From Candidatus Bathyarchaeota archaeon (lineage in GTDB: Archaea > Thermoproteota > Bathyarchaeia > Bathyarchaeales > Bathycorpusculaceae): DNA of 64,000 nt. Shown in pieces: positions 32,407-43,248 of the stretch (position 1 is the first letter of the stretch; each line of letters starts with the position of its first letter). Position numbers and translations under genes: made by a program. Location of the stretch: the NCBI GenBank assembly GCA_963775895.1, contig CAVZKL010000019.1, positions 1 to 64,000 on the forward strand, read 5' to 3'. The notes under the pieces were generated by a model that was not told the DNA's origin, did no database searches, and was given only the letters and a program-made list of their open reading frames with translations.

Positions 32407-33489
32407 TTGCAATTAGGTGTCAAAGACTTGTCAAAGATAAAAGTGGCCTTGGTTGGCGTCGGTAACTGCGCCTCGGCTTTGGTCCAAGGTCTGAAGTACT
32501 ACGGGGGTGCAGTTAAGGACGATGGTTCCATCGGACTGAGGAATCCTACGTTGGGCGGCTTTCGCCCGAAGGACATAGAGGTTGTTGCTGCTTTTGACAT
32601 TGACGAAAAGAAAGTTGGGAAGGATTTGTCGGAGGCTATCGTTGCTCCTCCAAACGATGTTCCAAGGATTGCCGATGTTCCTTTCACAAGTGTCTTGGTG
32701 AATAAAGGACCCATTTTGGACGGACTGGGCGAGTACGCAAAGAAACTTGTTCGCGTTAGCGACCATCGAGATGCTGATGTTGCGATGATTTTGAAGGAGA
32801 ATGACGCGGATATCGTACTGAACCTGCTTCCGAGCGGAGCTGTGAAGGCTTCTCAATGGTATGCTGAACAATCGATTGTGGCTGGTTGTGCATTGGTGAA
32901 CGTTACACCGAATTTCATCGCCAGTGACGCGGCTTGGGCGAAGAAATATGAGGCTGCTGGTCTTCCGCTTGTGGGCGATGATCTGATAGATCAGGTGGGC
33001 GCGACCACTTTGCACAAGACTCTTCTAAATCTGCTTTCGATGAACGGTGTGCGTATCACAGAAACATATCAGCTGGATGTTGGCGGGGGAATGGAATCCT
33101 TGGACACGCTGGAGAGAACGAAGGACGTTAAGCGTACTGTGAAAACGAAGTCAGTTGAGGCTGCTTTGCCCTATTCGGCTGCTGTTGTTGCGGGCTCGAC
33201 GGATTACGTTGATTTTATGCAGAACAGACGTGACAGCTATTTCTGGATCGGAGGTGTTTACTTCGGCAATGCGAGGATGCAGATGGATTTGAAGCTTTCA
33301 ACCGTTGATGCGCCCAATGCTGGTTCGGTTTTGCTGGACTTGATCCGAGCTGTAAGATTGGCTATGGACAGAAAATTGAAGGGTGCTGTGCTGCCCATCT
33401 GTGCTTACGCTTTCAAGCATCCGCCGCAATTCATGTCGCTTGAGACTGCTGAGAAATTGTTCGCAGAATTCGTTGCTGGAGAAGGTTAA
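32407..33489 (+). CDS. myo-inositol-1-phosphate synthase-like protein (divergent)
   Basis: GVGNCASALVQG, AAFDID..KVG.DLSEA, GDD..QVGAT, FKHPP. Confidence 0.82.
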   Translation: MQLGVKDLSKIKVALVGVGNCASALVQGLKYYGGAVKDDGSIGLRNPTLGGFRPKDIEVVAAFDIDEKKVGKDLSEAIVAPPNDVPRIADVPFTSVLVNKGPILDGLGEYAKKLVRVSDHRDADVAMILKENDADIVLNLLPSGAVKASQWYAEQSIVAGCALVNVTPNFIASDAAWAKKYEAAGLPLVGDDLIDQVGATTLHKTLLNLLSMNGVRITETYQLDVGGGMESLDTLERTKDVKRTVKTKSVEAALPYSAAVVAGSTDYVDFMQNRRDSYFWIGGVYFGNARMQMDLKLSTVDAPNAGSVLLDLIRAVRLAMDRKLKGAVLPICAYAFKHPPQFMSLETAEKLFAEFVAGEG

Positions 33490-33498
33490 GTCCGAATC

Positions 33499-34611
33499 CT
33501 ACGCTTTGCTTAGTTTTCTCAGTTCTCGAATTGTCTTTTCCCTTATTCCAGTCTCTTTGAGTCTTTCTTTGAGCAGAGAAATGGTTTTGACTGGTGTAGG
33601 GTCCACGCCTCGCAGCACTGCAAGGTAGACGCTCGTAAAATCCCCAACGCATATTACTGATGACATTTTGGCGAGTTTGCTTTTTCCTTCAGTCCACACT
33701 GTAAAAGTTCCCACGGATGTCTTGTTGATCATTTCTTTTGTGAATTCGATTCTTTTCTTGATCTCATCAGGTTCGTCTACATCACGGATGAAAATGACCG
33801 AGACATATGGGCTGAATTCCTCTGCTTGTTCCCACGCCACGATCTCATTGTGGTTGAGTTCTGGGAAGTATTCCCATTTTGCCAAGTTCTTGCTGTTTTC
33901 GTTGATCTGTGTCTTCAGGCGTTGAGCAACAGCCCGATAGAATCTGAAGCCATAAACCATCGGTATTGTTCCGTTGATTTCCGATGCCAAAGTCTTAGCC
34001 TTGTTGCTGCTTACGCGGTTCTCGGGCGAATTTTCGGCACTAACTTGTTTCAGGATTTTTACGGTCTCCTGGAACTCCGCTTCAACTCCGGAAGCAAGAT
34101 CAAGCTTCTGCAATATCGCTGGCAGTGGTAAGAACAAGTAAGGAAGAGTGGCTCGCGGAGCCATTCCGCTTGGAACAAGCAGATGTGGAACGTTAAGTTT
34201 CTCAGCGAACTCGCGGAGTGCTCCTCCTGAGCTTATGCTGATTATCATGCATTTTCTTCTTAGAGCCTCGAGGAATACGCTGAGGGTTTCTTCAGTCTCC
34301 CCCGAATAGCTTGTGCAGAAGACCAGTGTGTTCTTGTTTGCGTAACGGGGAAGACAATAATCTCGACAAACCTCGATTGGAACTGTCAATACGTTTTGAG
34401 CCCAATCTTTAGCAAGTTCTCCGCCTATGGCTGAGCCGCCCATACCTGCGACAACTATGTTCTCGGGTCTGGGAAAGCTTGCTTTGAATTGTTCTGCAAC
34501 CCTGGCTGCTTTTTCATAATGCATGGGTGCGTCAACGCAGAACGAAAGCATGTTGCTCTTGTCAATCTTCTTGATCTCGCTAAGACTGTCCAATCTAATC
34601 GATTTCTTCAA
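33499..34611 (-). CDS. bifunctional phosphoglucose/phosphomannose isomerase
   Basis: GMGGSAIGG, SYSGETEETL, PRA, NENSK, PELNHNE, RGVDP.PV. Confidence 0.92.
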   Translation of the reverse strand: MKKSIRLDSLSEIKKIDKSNMLSFCVDAPMHYEKAARVAEQFKASFPRPENIVVAGMGGSAIGGELAKDWAQNVLTVPIEVCRDYCLPRYANKNTLVFCTSYSGETEETLSVFLEALRRKCMIISISSGGALREFAEKLNVPHLLVPSGMAPRATLPYLFLPLPAILQKLDLASGVEAEFQETVKILKQVSAENSPENRVSSNKAKTLASEINGTIPMVYGFRFYRAVAQRLKTQINENSKNLAKWEYFPELNHNEIVAWEQAEEFSPYVSVIFIRDVDEPDEIKKRIEFTKEMINKTSVGTFTVWTEGKSKLAKMSSVICVGDFTSVYLAVLRGVDPTPVKTISLLKERLKETGIREKTIRELRKLSKA

Positions 34612-34724
34612 CTCTATGCACGACCAACACGTTGAGGGCTTGAGGAAACCCTATGATGTTTTCAGCTTTTAAGTCGAATGTGTAATAAGTGTACTGAACC
34701 ACAACGTCAAGAGACAGATTTGAC

Positions 34725-35609
34725 ATGAAAAAACTGTCCATTGCGATCCCAGCTTCTGTTGTTTCAGACACTCCTCATTTGCGTGAAAAAACGTCAAAGA
34801 TAGGTTCGATTGGAAGAGCAGCAGCGATTTTCAAGGTGAACAACATAATAATCTACCCAGATGATCCGCGCCTAAGCCGGGAAAAAGACGCCGATTTGAT
34901 TGCGAGACTTCTTGCGTACATGGAAACTCCTCAATACCTCAGAAAGAGACTGTTCGAGCTGAGTCCAGATCTGCAGTTCGCCGGGATACTGCCTCCTCTG
35001 CGCACGCCTCATCATCCTTTGAATCGCAACAGTAGAGATCTCAAGATGGGCGAGTTTCGAGAAGGAGTCGTCTTGTCTAGGGCAAAGCAAGGGGTTCTTG
35101 TGGACATCGGTGTTGAACAGCCGGCTTTGGCAAAGAACATGGAAGTGAGCGTCGGCCAGCGCGTCACTGTGAAAGTCGTGAAAACGGGACGTCCTGTTGA
35201 GGTTGAACCCGCAGATCGCAATGAGGTTCCATCATACTGGGGGTACGTGGTCAAAGTGGAAAAACGGTCTTTGGGCAAAATGCTAGGGACTGGAGATTTC
35301 GATTTGAAGATTGCCACTTCAAAGTACGGTTCACCTTTCTCTGGATTGAGAGAAAAACTGATTGGGAAGTGGGCTCGGCTAGGCAGGTTCTGGTGGTTTT
35401 CGGAGCCCCCACAGTTGGGTTGAGTGAAATAGATAGCACGTGAGGGACTTAAACTCGATGATGTCGTGGATTTTGTGGTCAACACTATTCCAAATCAAGG
35501 AACGGAAACTGTGAGGACAGAAGAGGCTGTTCTCGCGTCTTTGGCAGTTTTCAACGTTGATCTTGACAGAGACTATGTGAAAAGAGCTGCCTTCGGGACA
35601 AAGGGATAA
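34725..35609 (+). CDS. SPOUT RNA methyltransferase (MTH1/SPOUT1 family), frameshifts ~35380 and ~35432
   Basis: IAIPAS, ETPQYLRK, LPPLRTPHH, YWGY; shifted frames give VVFGAP and NTIPNQGTETVRTEEA. Confidence 0.85.
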
Positions 35610-35635
35610 ATGTCGGTTTCTCTAATGTTGCCTCC

Positions 35636-36472
35636 ATGTATTTCGACATCACTATGCCCTTGACGCTCTTCGCTGTCACCTTGGTTTCCTTTTTTCTGAA
35701 CGAGAAAACCGAGAACAAGCTGAAGAATACCATGGATGAACGGCAGCTTGGTGTCTGGGATGCTGTTTTGCTTGTGGGCGTGATGGCGGTTATGATCTAT
35801 TTGATTATTTTCGTGAGAGAAATCACGTTGATTCTGATGGCCCTGTTTCTTTTCGCTTATTCGATGCTCTTATTCACGTTTACCTACATGTTTTCAAAGG
35901 ACCGATGGTACATCGCCATTATACCTCCAGCAGTGTTCGTCATTCTTTATGTGCTGCTGAGGGACACAGCGGTTTGGGCATATTATCTGTCTAACATTTA
36001 CGCTCTCATTTTCGCCGTCCTAATCACACTCTACCTGGTGAGCTTGTTCACTTGGAAAACAACCGCTGTCTTCGGAGTCCTACTGACCGCGATGGACATT
36101 GTCTTGGTCTTCGTAACCGGAACTATGGTGGAAGCTGCTAAGGTTACAACTAGCTTGAGGCTTCCTGTGATGGTTTCTCTTCCGCTTATTCCACCATGGC
36201 CAGGGTCTGGTTTGGCCTTTCTCAGTCTTGGCTTGGGGGACTTTTTCTTCGCCGGATTGCTAGGAGTGCAAACTCTGAAAAGATACGGAAAACGCTTTGC
36301 CATTATTACAGCTGCTGGCATGACTATTTCCTTTTTCCTCTTTGAGCTGCTGTTGCTGAACTCCTTGCGCATACCTTTCGCTGGTACACTGATGATTATC
36401 TGCGGTTGGGCGCCCCTAGTGATTGGTAAAGAATTGAGCAAGAAACCTGTTGCCTCGGCAACCTCGTCTTAG
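35636..36472 (+). CDS. presenilin/signal peptide peptidase-like GxGD intramembrane aspartyl protease
   Basis: about 9 TM segments, MDIVLVF and LGLGD catalytic Asp motifs. Confidence 0.75.
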   Translation: MYFDITMPLTLFAVTLVSFFLNEKTENKLKNTMDERQLGVWDAVLLVGVMAVMIYLIIFVREITLILMALFLFAYSMLLFTFTYMFSKDRWYIAIIPPAVFVILYVLLRDTAVWAYYLSNIYALIFAVLITLYLVSLFTWKTTAVFGVLLTAMDIVLVFVTGTMVEAAKVTTSLRLPVMVSLPLIPPWPGSGLAFLSLGLGDFFFAGLLGVQTLKRYGKRFAIITAAGMTISFFLFELLLLNSLRIPFAGTLMIICGWAPLVIGKELSKKPVASATSS

Positions 36473-36540
36473 CTAATTCTAGAAACGTGGATGATATTAG
36501 AACTGAATAATGGTAAAACAATAAAGAAGAGCGTCGGTTT

Positions 36541-36864
36541 TTAACCGAAGAGAGCGCCCAGTCCTTCGAGTGCTGCTTCTTCCTTAGCTTTTTCGTCCTC
36601 TTTCTTCTTCTTTTCGTCTTCCTTTGGCTTTGCTTCTGCTGCTGGCGCGGCTGCTGCGGGTGCAACTGCGGCTGGTGCTGCCATCATAGTCGGGGCAGAT
36701 TTGATTGCTTCATCGATTTTGACTTCGGCGAGTGATGCTACGAGTGCTTTGACGCGAACTACGTCGGCGTTAATGCCTGCGGCCGTCAAAACTTGCGTTA
36801 GGTTTGCTTCGTTGATTTCTTTTCCTGCTTTGTGAAGAAGCATTGCAGCGTAAATGTATTCCAT
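36541..36864 (-). CDS. rpl12: ribosomal stalk protein P1/L12
   Basis: [11 protein letters not shown]...GLGALFG. Confidence 0.97.
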   Translation of the reverse strand: MEYIYAAMLLHKAGKEINEANLTQVLTAAGINADVVRVKALVASLAEVKIDEAIKSAPTMMAAPAAVAPAAAAPAAEAKPKEDEKKKKEDEKAKEEAALEGLGALFG

Positions 36865-36891
36865 ATCCTTTCACCTCTCACATCGACTATT

Positions 36892-37773
36892 TTAACTTTT
36901 TTCGGTTGCCACTTTTTCTTGTAACGTGGGCACTCTACTACTTAAACTTAGCATTTGGGCATTTGCTTTTCTTATTAGGTCTTCTATGGTTTCTTTCGTG
37001 GGTATCGCGGCTGCTAGGGCCAAGGCGTAGGCTTCTTTGTGGGCGACCTGTAAGAGTGCTACCATGTTATCTTCAGTCGGATAACTGATGCCCAACGACA
37101 ATGCAAAAGCGTTGGCGTACGCATTTTCAATGTCGTGCTTAGTTCCGTCCACGTCTATTTTGAGTTGCTCTTGTTTTATGATTAATCCTTCGTCAAACGC
37201 CACCGTCATTGCCAGTCCTGCTTCAACAGGCTTTATTCCCAGCTTTGAAAGCATGCTGGCAAGTCTTTCATTGATTACCTCTCCTTTCTTGACGACTAGC
37301 GTGTCTCTGTTTATCCAGACGCTTCCAGACTCGATTCGTGTCGGTAAACCGACAGCGTTCAGCTGGCTGATTATTGGCCCTGGAGGCTGCCCGGTGTTTC
37401 CGGCTGGAACGATGACGTCGAACGCTGCTACGTCGCCTGACTTGGCCGTCGTTTTGACTTTTCCTTTTTCAAGAATCAGAGCCAGTTTAAACGGGTTCAA
37501 GTCTGTGAAAATGAAAACGTTCGAGCCCTTCAGATGTTCTTCCAGCTTCTTCAGCTCGGGCTTCTCTTTGCAGTTCTCAATGGCTAGTTTCATCAGAGTG
37601 TTCTTCAAGACTCTCATGAATACTTTGTCTGCAAGGTTCTTCTTGAATTCCTGCAGCTGAGCTGCCCTGACCTTGTTGAGACTGGCGATGCCGATGATTT
37701 TGTAGCGGTTAACAAGGCTGGTTAATGCTTCAACTTCCTTCGTTTTCTGCTGCAAAATCTGTTCGGACGGCAT
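36892..37773 (-). CDS. rplP0: ribosomal protein uL10/P0
   Basis: KNTLMKLA, PAGNTG.PPGP, L.KLGIKP. Confidence 0.95.
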   Translation of the reverse strand: MPSEQILQQKTKEVEALTSLVNRYKIIGIASLNKVRAAQLQEFKKNLADKVFMRVLKNTLMKLAIENCKEKPELKKLEEHLKGSNVFIFTDLNPFKLALILEKGKVKTTAKSGDVAAFDVIVPAGNTGQPPGPIISQLNAVGLPTRIESGSVWINRDTLVVKKGEVINERLASMLSKLGIKPVEAGLAMTVAFDEGLIIKQEQLKIDVDGTKHDIENAYANAFALSLGISYPTEDNMVALLQVAHKEAYALALAAAIPTKETIEDLIRKANAQMLSLSSRVPTLQEKVATEKS

Positions 37774-37788
37774 TTGTTTTCCTCTCTT

Positions 37789-38439
37789 CTATGGTTGTAT
37801 CTTCACAGGTTTGCCCATGGCTGTTTTTATGTAGGCAGACTTGATGTTTTTCATTCCTTTTTTAAGTTTGCCTTCTAAAACCCTTATGACCGTTTGCACG
37901 TTTTCCGTTATTTCTTCGTCCTTCATGTTTTCAGTTGCAACACGGTTCTGCAGTATCGGTTGATTGCGCATTCTGACGATGATCGTTTTCCGATTTTTCT
38001 TTATCAAATTCGCTATGTCTGCGGAAGGCGGAACTGGTACAGGCATTTTTCCCCTTGGACCAAGAACGGAGCCCAGAGTTCTACCTACCAGAGGCATCAG
38101 TGGAGCCTCTGCAATGAAGAAGTCATAATTGTTAGCTACCTTGCGCAGCTCCTGCTTCTTCCCTGCTAGAGATTCGAGTTCCCCTCTTTCAATCACGTAG
38201 TCTGCCTTTGCGTTCTTGGCTTTCATAGCCAGCTCGCCAGAACCTATGACACATACCTTGTTAAGCTTCTCAGGGGCGTATGGAAGTTCTATGATTTCCT
38301 GAATCTTGCTCTCGGGTGCTTTCATGTCAATGTCTTGCAGTTTTATGATTAGCTCTATGGATTGGGTGAATTTTCTCTTTTGCGACTTTTCTTTCGCTTC
38401 TTTCACTGCATTCAGGATCGTTTTTTGGTCTAAGGGCAA
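37789..38439 (-). CDS. rpl1: ribosomal protein uL1
   Basis: RKFTQSIEL, LGPRGKMP, IKTAMG. Confidence 0.96.
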   Translation of the reverse strand: MPLDQKTILNAVKEAKEKSQKRKFTQSIELIIKLQDIDMKAPESKIQEIIELPYAPEKLNKVCVIGSGELAMKAKNAKADYVIERGELESLAGKKQELRKVANNYDFFIAEAPLMPLVGRTLGSVLGPRGKMPVPVPPSADIANLIKKNRKTIIVRMRNQPILQNRVATENMKDEEITENVQTVIRVLEGKLKKGMKNIKSAYIKTAMGKPVKIQP

Positions 38440-38500
38440 TTCGAAAGCCTCGTGCCATTGAGGGAATGGAATGCGGTTATAAAAATATTCTCTCTTGCGT

Positions 38501-38990
38501 TCAACTCTTGCTCAGTACGTCATCGTACTTGCCTTGATCGATGTCTTTTTGAACTTCGCGGGGGTCTTTGCCTTCAGCCGTCACGCCTATGCTTACGCAC
38601 ACACCTAGAATTTCCTTCGTTGCTCCCTTCAGAGTTTTCGACAACAGTTCGGGGCGTTTCATCTTTGCTATTCGTATGACCTGATCGATAGGTGAGGTTT
38701 CCGACTTTCGCCGTGTTTGGCGTGCCTGAACCCTTTTCGATTTTCAATTCGCTGACGATCAGCGCGGACGCCGTTGGCGTTCCAACCGTAACGTCGAACT
38801 GTTTCGTGTCAGGATCGACGAGGACTTTGACGGGAACCTTCATCCCCGAATAGTCTTTCGTAAGTTCGTTTATCTTGTTAACAATCGCCATGACGTTTAC
38901 GCCCAATGGGCCAAGTGCTGGACCCAGAGGCGGCCCGGCGTTTGCTTGTCCTCCGCTTACGAGGAGTTCTATTGTTTTTTTGTCTGCCAT
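38501..38990 (-). CDS. rpl11: ribosomal protein uL11 (frameshift ~38690)
   Basis: [14 protein letters not shown]; shifted frame IDQVIRIAK...C.S.GVT.EGKDP to TGA at 38501. Confidence 0.93.
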
Positions 38991-38991
38991 T

Positions 38992-39480
38992 TCATGTTTC
39001 ACCTTCAGTTTTTTTCTTTGCTCTCTCGACGAGTTTTACGTATTCCGAGTTGACTGTAATGGGCAGAGTGAAGGTTGCTTCGAGCAATTCAAGTGTGACT
39101 TCCGCCTTGGTTTTGTCGATTCTCGTTATTTTGGCGCGCATGCCTTTGAATGGCCCGCCAGTTATCTCCACGATGTCGCTCTCATTCAACTCTTCAAGTA
39201 TGGGTTTCTTGACTATGTATCTTTCAATTTCCGCGAAACTAACGATGCCAGGCACTCTTGAGCGCACATGCTTTATTCCTGCTATGGCTTCTTCGACAAG
39301 GTGCGGGCCTTCAGCTTCTATGAACACGTATCCTTTAAGTGTTTCAGGCGCCAGAATTGCCTTTATGGGGATTTTGGTCATCTCCACTTTTGAAGCGATC
39401 AGTCTGGCGACGTTTCTTTCCTGACCAGTTGTCGTCTTCACGGCGAAAATTTTCGTGGTGTACTCTTCGGGTTTTTCCAT
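38992..39480 (-). CDS. spt5: transcription elongation factor Spt5/NusG
   Basis: AVKTTTGQE, KGYVFIEA, KOW motif GGPFKG. Confidence 0.95.
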   Translation of the reverse strand: MEKPEEYTTKIFAVKTTTGQERNVARLIASKVEMTKIPIKAILAPETLKGYVFIEAEGPHLVEEAIAGIKHVRSRVPGIVSFAEIERYIVKKPILEELNESDIVEITGGPFKGMRAKITRIDKTKAEVTLELLEATFTLPITVNSEYVKLVERAKKKTEGET

Positions 39481-39493
39481 CGATACTTTCCTT

Positions 39494-39724
39494 CTAGCCG
39501 ATGGAACCACGGAGAATCAAGATGAGAACAAAACTTGTCGCTGACGATGTTTGGCTTCCCGGTTGCACGACGGATGACAGCAGTTTTATCACGAAACCTA
39601 TTACTCCTATGGCACTGATGCCCAGCAGGCATATTTTTATCGACAGCCAAAGCTCGCTTCTTCCAGGCTTGATCGCCAATCTGAGTGTTCTTGCACATTG
39701 TGTTAGGAAATCTCTTAAGCCCAT
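39494..39724 (-). CDS. secE: protein translocase SecE/Sec61-gamma
   Basis: RTLRLAIKP..SE, IG.IGFVI TM; position upstream of spt5. Confidence 0.85.
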   Translation of the reverse strand: MGLRDFLTQCARTLRLAIKPGRSELWLSIKICLLGISAIGVIGFVIKLLSSVVQPGSQTSSATSFVLILILRGSIG

Positions 39725-40012
39725 GTTTATCGCTTTCTCAATTCATCAGTCTGACATAATTGCTTGCTTGAAAGCCAACAATTATCGTTCTCTACCTAGT
39801 TCCTACTAGGTTGCTCTTCTAGAAAAACGTAGGGGAGTATTTATGTCTTTTTAAGATCATTTCTCCATCAGCAGCGGACCTGCCAATATGAAAGCTAGAG
39901 ATTCGTTGTATGGTTTGACGGATCGAGGGGCATGAACGTGCGAGGCAGTGGTGATTGTCGGTTTCAAGATACTCTGCGATTTTTCATCAAGAGTACTTGG
40001 ACCTAGGAAGTT

Positions 40013-40836
40013 CTAGGCTCTCTCGAATTTCAGGTCTGCCTTGCCTAGAGCCTCGATGAGATCAGGTTTGTCTTCTCCTCTGATTCCCTTCCAATCGAGG
40101 ATTGCGGTGTCCACTCTTTCCACGGTTCTTTCTCTGCATTGCCTGAGTATTGAGGGATCGATCTTTGACACTGCGTATTTGGGAATCATGTGTCCAAAAG
40201 CCAAATCTCCTTCAAGCGCCATCCGAGTGAACTTGGCGTTGTAATGCGGACCGCCTATACCCATCACTGTTCTGAGTGGGTAATTGCCAAACTGTTTGAT
40301 GGCTTCGATCGCTGAGTGTGCAACCGCGTCTGCAGCATTCACGTCACTCCATTGTCGTGGAGAGCTTCCCAGTTCAACGAACATTGTGGGCAGATTTAAT
40401 GAGGGTCCATGGTGCGTCCCTTCGTACGAGACCTCGTAGTCTAACTGCATTTCATTTTTCAGCGTGAGCATGGTTCGCAGGGCCGTTCGCATGAGATTTC
40501 CTGCGGAAATCGATACCGTTCTCGGGATTCCGCCGAGTTCTGCTTCGGCGAGGTTGCCCGGTGTGTGAACGGAGAGAGTTGGGGTTCCGCTCATGCTGCT
40601 GTGTCGGGAGATGAAGACGACGAGTTCCAGGTTTGTGAATGATTCCGCAAGATGTTGTGCGTAGATGGATTCTTTGTTCAACGTTACGAGTTCAACTTTC
40701 TTGTCGTTTATGTTGGCTTCATAGGCTGGGTTTGATTCGAACTTGTCAGTTTTTTCCTTGAAATATAGTTACTCAAGACTTGTTTTCGGATGTTCAGGCT
40801 TGCAGGGTCTTTGTTTGAGGCGACGATGATGATCAT
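40013..40836 (-). CDS. dtdA: D-aminoacyl-tRNA deacylase (archaeal DTD2; frameshift ~40765)
   Basis: MIIIVASNKDPAS start, SRHSS, HTPGN, EGTHHGP, FVELGS, GGPHY, GHMIPKY. Confidence 0.9.
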
Positions 40837-40943
40837 CTATGTGCATCCAAGTGAAGATAGGAGATCGTGAGAAAAAGGTTTGCATAAAGCTTATAATCGT
40901 TGAAGGTTGTTGAACGGTTTGAAGTCAATTCAAGGGTTTGAGT

Positions 40944-41859
40944 ATGCATCTGCTTAATTTCAAAGAACTGAACGGCAAGCAACTCGTCAAAATGATTGAC
41001 ACGGGTATCGAGATCAAACACGATCCCAACAAGTACAGTGAGGCTTTGAAAGGCAAGTCTTGTGCACTGCTTTTCCAGAAGACCAGTACCAGAACCAGGG
41101 TCTCTTTTGAAGTGGCTATGACTCAGCTCGGTGGACATGCGTTGTTCATCGATTGGAGGTCAACGAATTTTGCTTTGGCGGACGTGGGCGACGAAGTTCA
41201 ATATCTCTCTCGAAACGTCGACTGCATCATGGCGAGACTGTTGAAAAACGCGGATCTGCAGACCATGGCCAAAAACTCGCGAGTTCCAGTGATCAACGGA
41301 TGCGACGAGAAGTATCATCCCAGTCAAGCCATTGCCGATTTGATAACCGTCAAAGAGAAGAAGGGTAAGCTTAAAGGTGTGAACCTCGTTTACGTGGGAA
41401 TCCATAACAACGTGTGCAACTCGCTTGTTGAAGGCTGCACGAAAACTGGCGTGCGAATAACCACTGTGACACCAATATTCAACGAGGCCGCTCGCGACGT
41501 TGAACTTCTCGAGGCGGCCAAAAAGACGGGATTGTGGGAAACAACTTTGAACTTCAAGCAGGCCGTGAAGGACGCCGATTTTGTTTACACCGACACCTGG
41601 GTTGACATGGAGTTTTTCACCGACCCGAGATTTGCCGCTGAGAAAAGAGAAGCGTCTCAAACAGATGATGCCCTACCAAATCAACACTGAACTGATTAAG
41701 AACAGTAAGGCCTACGTCATGCATGACATGCCGATTCATAGAGGCTATGAAATAACTGGCGACGTGATCGAAAGCCCGAAGTCGATCATATACCAGCAGG
41801 GCGAAAACCGACTGTACTCAGCAAAAACAATATTGCTTAAGCTTCTCGAAAAACAGTAG
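40944..41859 (+). CDS. argF: ornithine carbamoyltransferase (frameshift ~41646)
   Basis: STRTR, HPSQ, YTDTW, MHDMP..RG.E, Q.ENR. Confidence 0.88.
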
Positions 41860-41899
41860 AAACGAAAGCTGTCGAGCTGGGACGTTAGAGCAAGTCAAG

Positions 41900-42805
41900 T
41901 TACTTGAGGATCATTTGCACAAACTTGTCTGGGTCGAACTGTTCCAGATCATCATACGCCTGCCCCGTTCCAATAAACAGGATGGGTTTCTGGGTTACGT
42001 AGGTGACGCTCAGAGCCGAGCCGCCCTTGACGTCTGCGTCGACTTTGGTTAATATCGTTGCGTCTATTCCAACGCACTTGTTGAATTCTTCTGCCTGCAT
42101 TACCGCGTCGTTTCCGATCAGTGAATCAACCGTCAGTATCGTCAAATCCGGTTTTACAACGCGCTTGATCTTCGCCAGTTCGTTCATGAGGTTCTGATTC
42201 GTCTGCATTCTTCCCGCCGTGTCGATGAGCACGACGTTGATTCCATGTGATTTTGCATGGGTGATCGTATCATAAGCCACAGCTGCTGGGTCTGCCCCGT
42301 ACGCGTGCTTGATCATCTTCGTTCCCAGTCGCTTTGCGTGTTCTTCCAGCTGTTCAATAGAGCCTGCGCGATAGGTGTCGCTGCAAGCGATCACAGCCGA
42401 GTATCCGCGTTTGCTGAGGAAGCGGCAGACTTTTGCTATAGTCGTTGTCTTGCCGGTTCCGTTGATTCCCACAAAAACTATGATGAAGGGTTCTGCCTTC
42501 TTGCGTTTTTCCTCCAGAGCCTTCAGCAAGTCAATTTTATTGTTTGTTTGCATCGTCTCCAGAAGGACGTCGCGGAGCTGTTGTTCGACGATTCTCTTTC
42601 GGTCTTCGAGACGTTTGACTTGTACCTTGTTCAACCGTTGTTCCATTTCGGTGCAGATTTTTTCTGCTACTGGAAGAGCCACATCGTTTTCCACAAGGCT
42701 CATTTTGAACTCGGAAAGAATCGGGCGTACGTTTTCGGGTTTGAGCTCTGCTGTGGTTACTTTCGTTACAAGTCCTTTCAGTCCGGACTTGAGTTTCTCA
42801 AACAT
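41900..42805 (-). CDS. ftsY: SRP receptor FtsY
   Basis: GINGTGKTTTIAK, DTAGR, TKVDAD.KGG. Confidence 0.96.
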   Translation of the reverse strand: MFEKLKSGLKGLVTKVTTAELKPENVRPILSEFKMSLVENDVALPVAEKICTEMEQRLNKVQVKRLEDRKRIVEQQLRDVLLETMQTNNKIDLLKALEEKRKKAEPFIIVFVGINGTGKTTTIAKVCRFLSKRGYSAVIACSDTYRAGSIEQLEEHAKRLGTKMIKHAYGADPAAVAYDTITHAKSHGINVVLIDTAGRMQTNQNLMNELAKIKRVVKPDLTILTVDSLIGNDAVMQAEEFNKCVGIDATILTKVDADVKGGSALSVTYVTQKPILFIGTGQAYDDLEQFDPDKFVQMILK

Positions 42806-43244
42806 TTTCCTGAGGTTTCCTTTCTTTTGCAGCGGCGATTAATGTTTCTGCTCTCTCTCTGTCAAGATTGATTCTTTCTGCGATCTGTGAATACTGTTGC
42901 TGTATTGATTTTCTAGTCTTGTCGACGTCTTCTAGGCGTTTTTTGATGATTTCCTTTGCTTCTTCTCTTGTCTTTTCAACCGAGACGCCTGCGCCCATTC
43001 CCACGATAACTTTTTCCGGGTTGTCGAGTTTTGCCCTGACGTACGAGGTTCCTCCTATGGGCACTAGAACCTCCGATTTGTCGCCTTCTTTTTCTAGTCC
43101 ATCCAGTGTTGCTTGTGCGTACATGAGGTCATTTGCAGCAGCGTTCACCATGCTCATTCTGGATTGAAGAGCTTCAGCCGTCTGTTCAAGAAGTCGCATC
43201 TCAACGCTAAGTTTTTGAAGCTCCTCTTCACTTTTGCCTGCCAC
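42798..43244 (-). CDS. pfdA: prefoldin alpha subunit
   Basis: LVPIGG, V.VGMGAGVSVEK between coiled coils. Confidence 0.93.
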   Translation of the reverse strand: MAGKSEEELQKLSVEMRLLEQTAEALQSRMSMVNAAANDLMYAQATLDGLEKEGDKSEVLVPIGGTSYVRAKLDNPEKVIVGMGAGVSVEKTREEAKEIIKKRLEDVDKTRKSIQQQYSQIAERINLDRERAETLIAAAKERKPQENV

Positions 43245-43248
43245 TTTC

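Noticed and set aside
35421-35443. TGA codons near the SPOUT 3' end as selenocysteine
   Set aside because: The conserved C-terminus lies in other frames and needs frameshifts; no Cys-equivalent position
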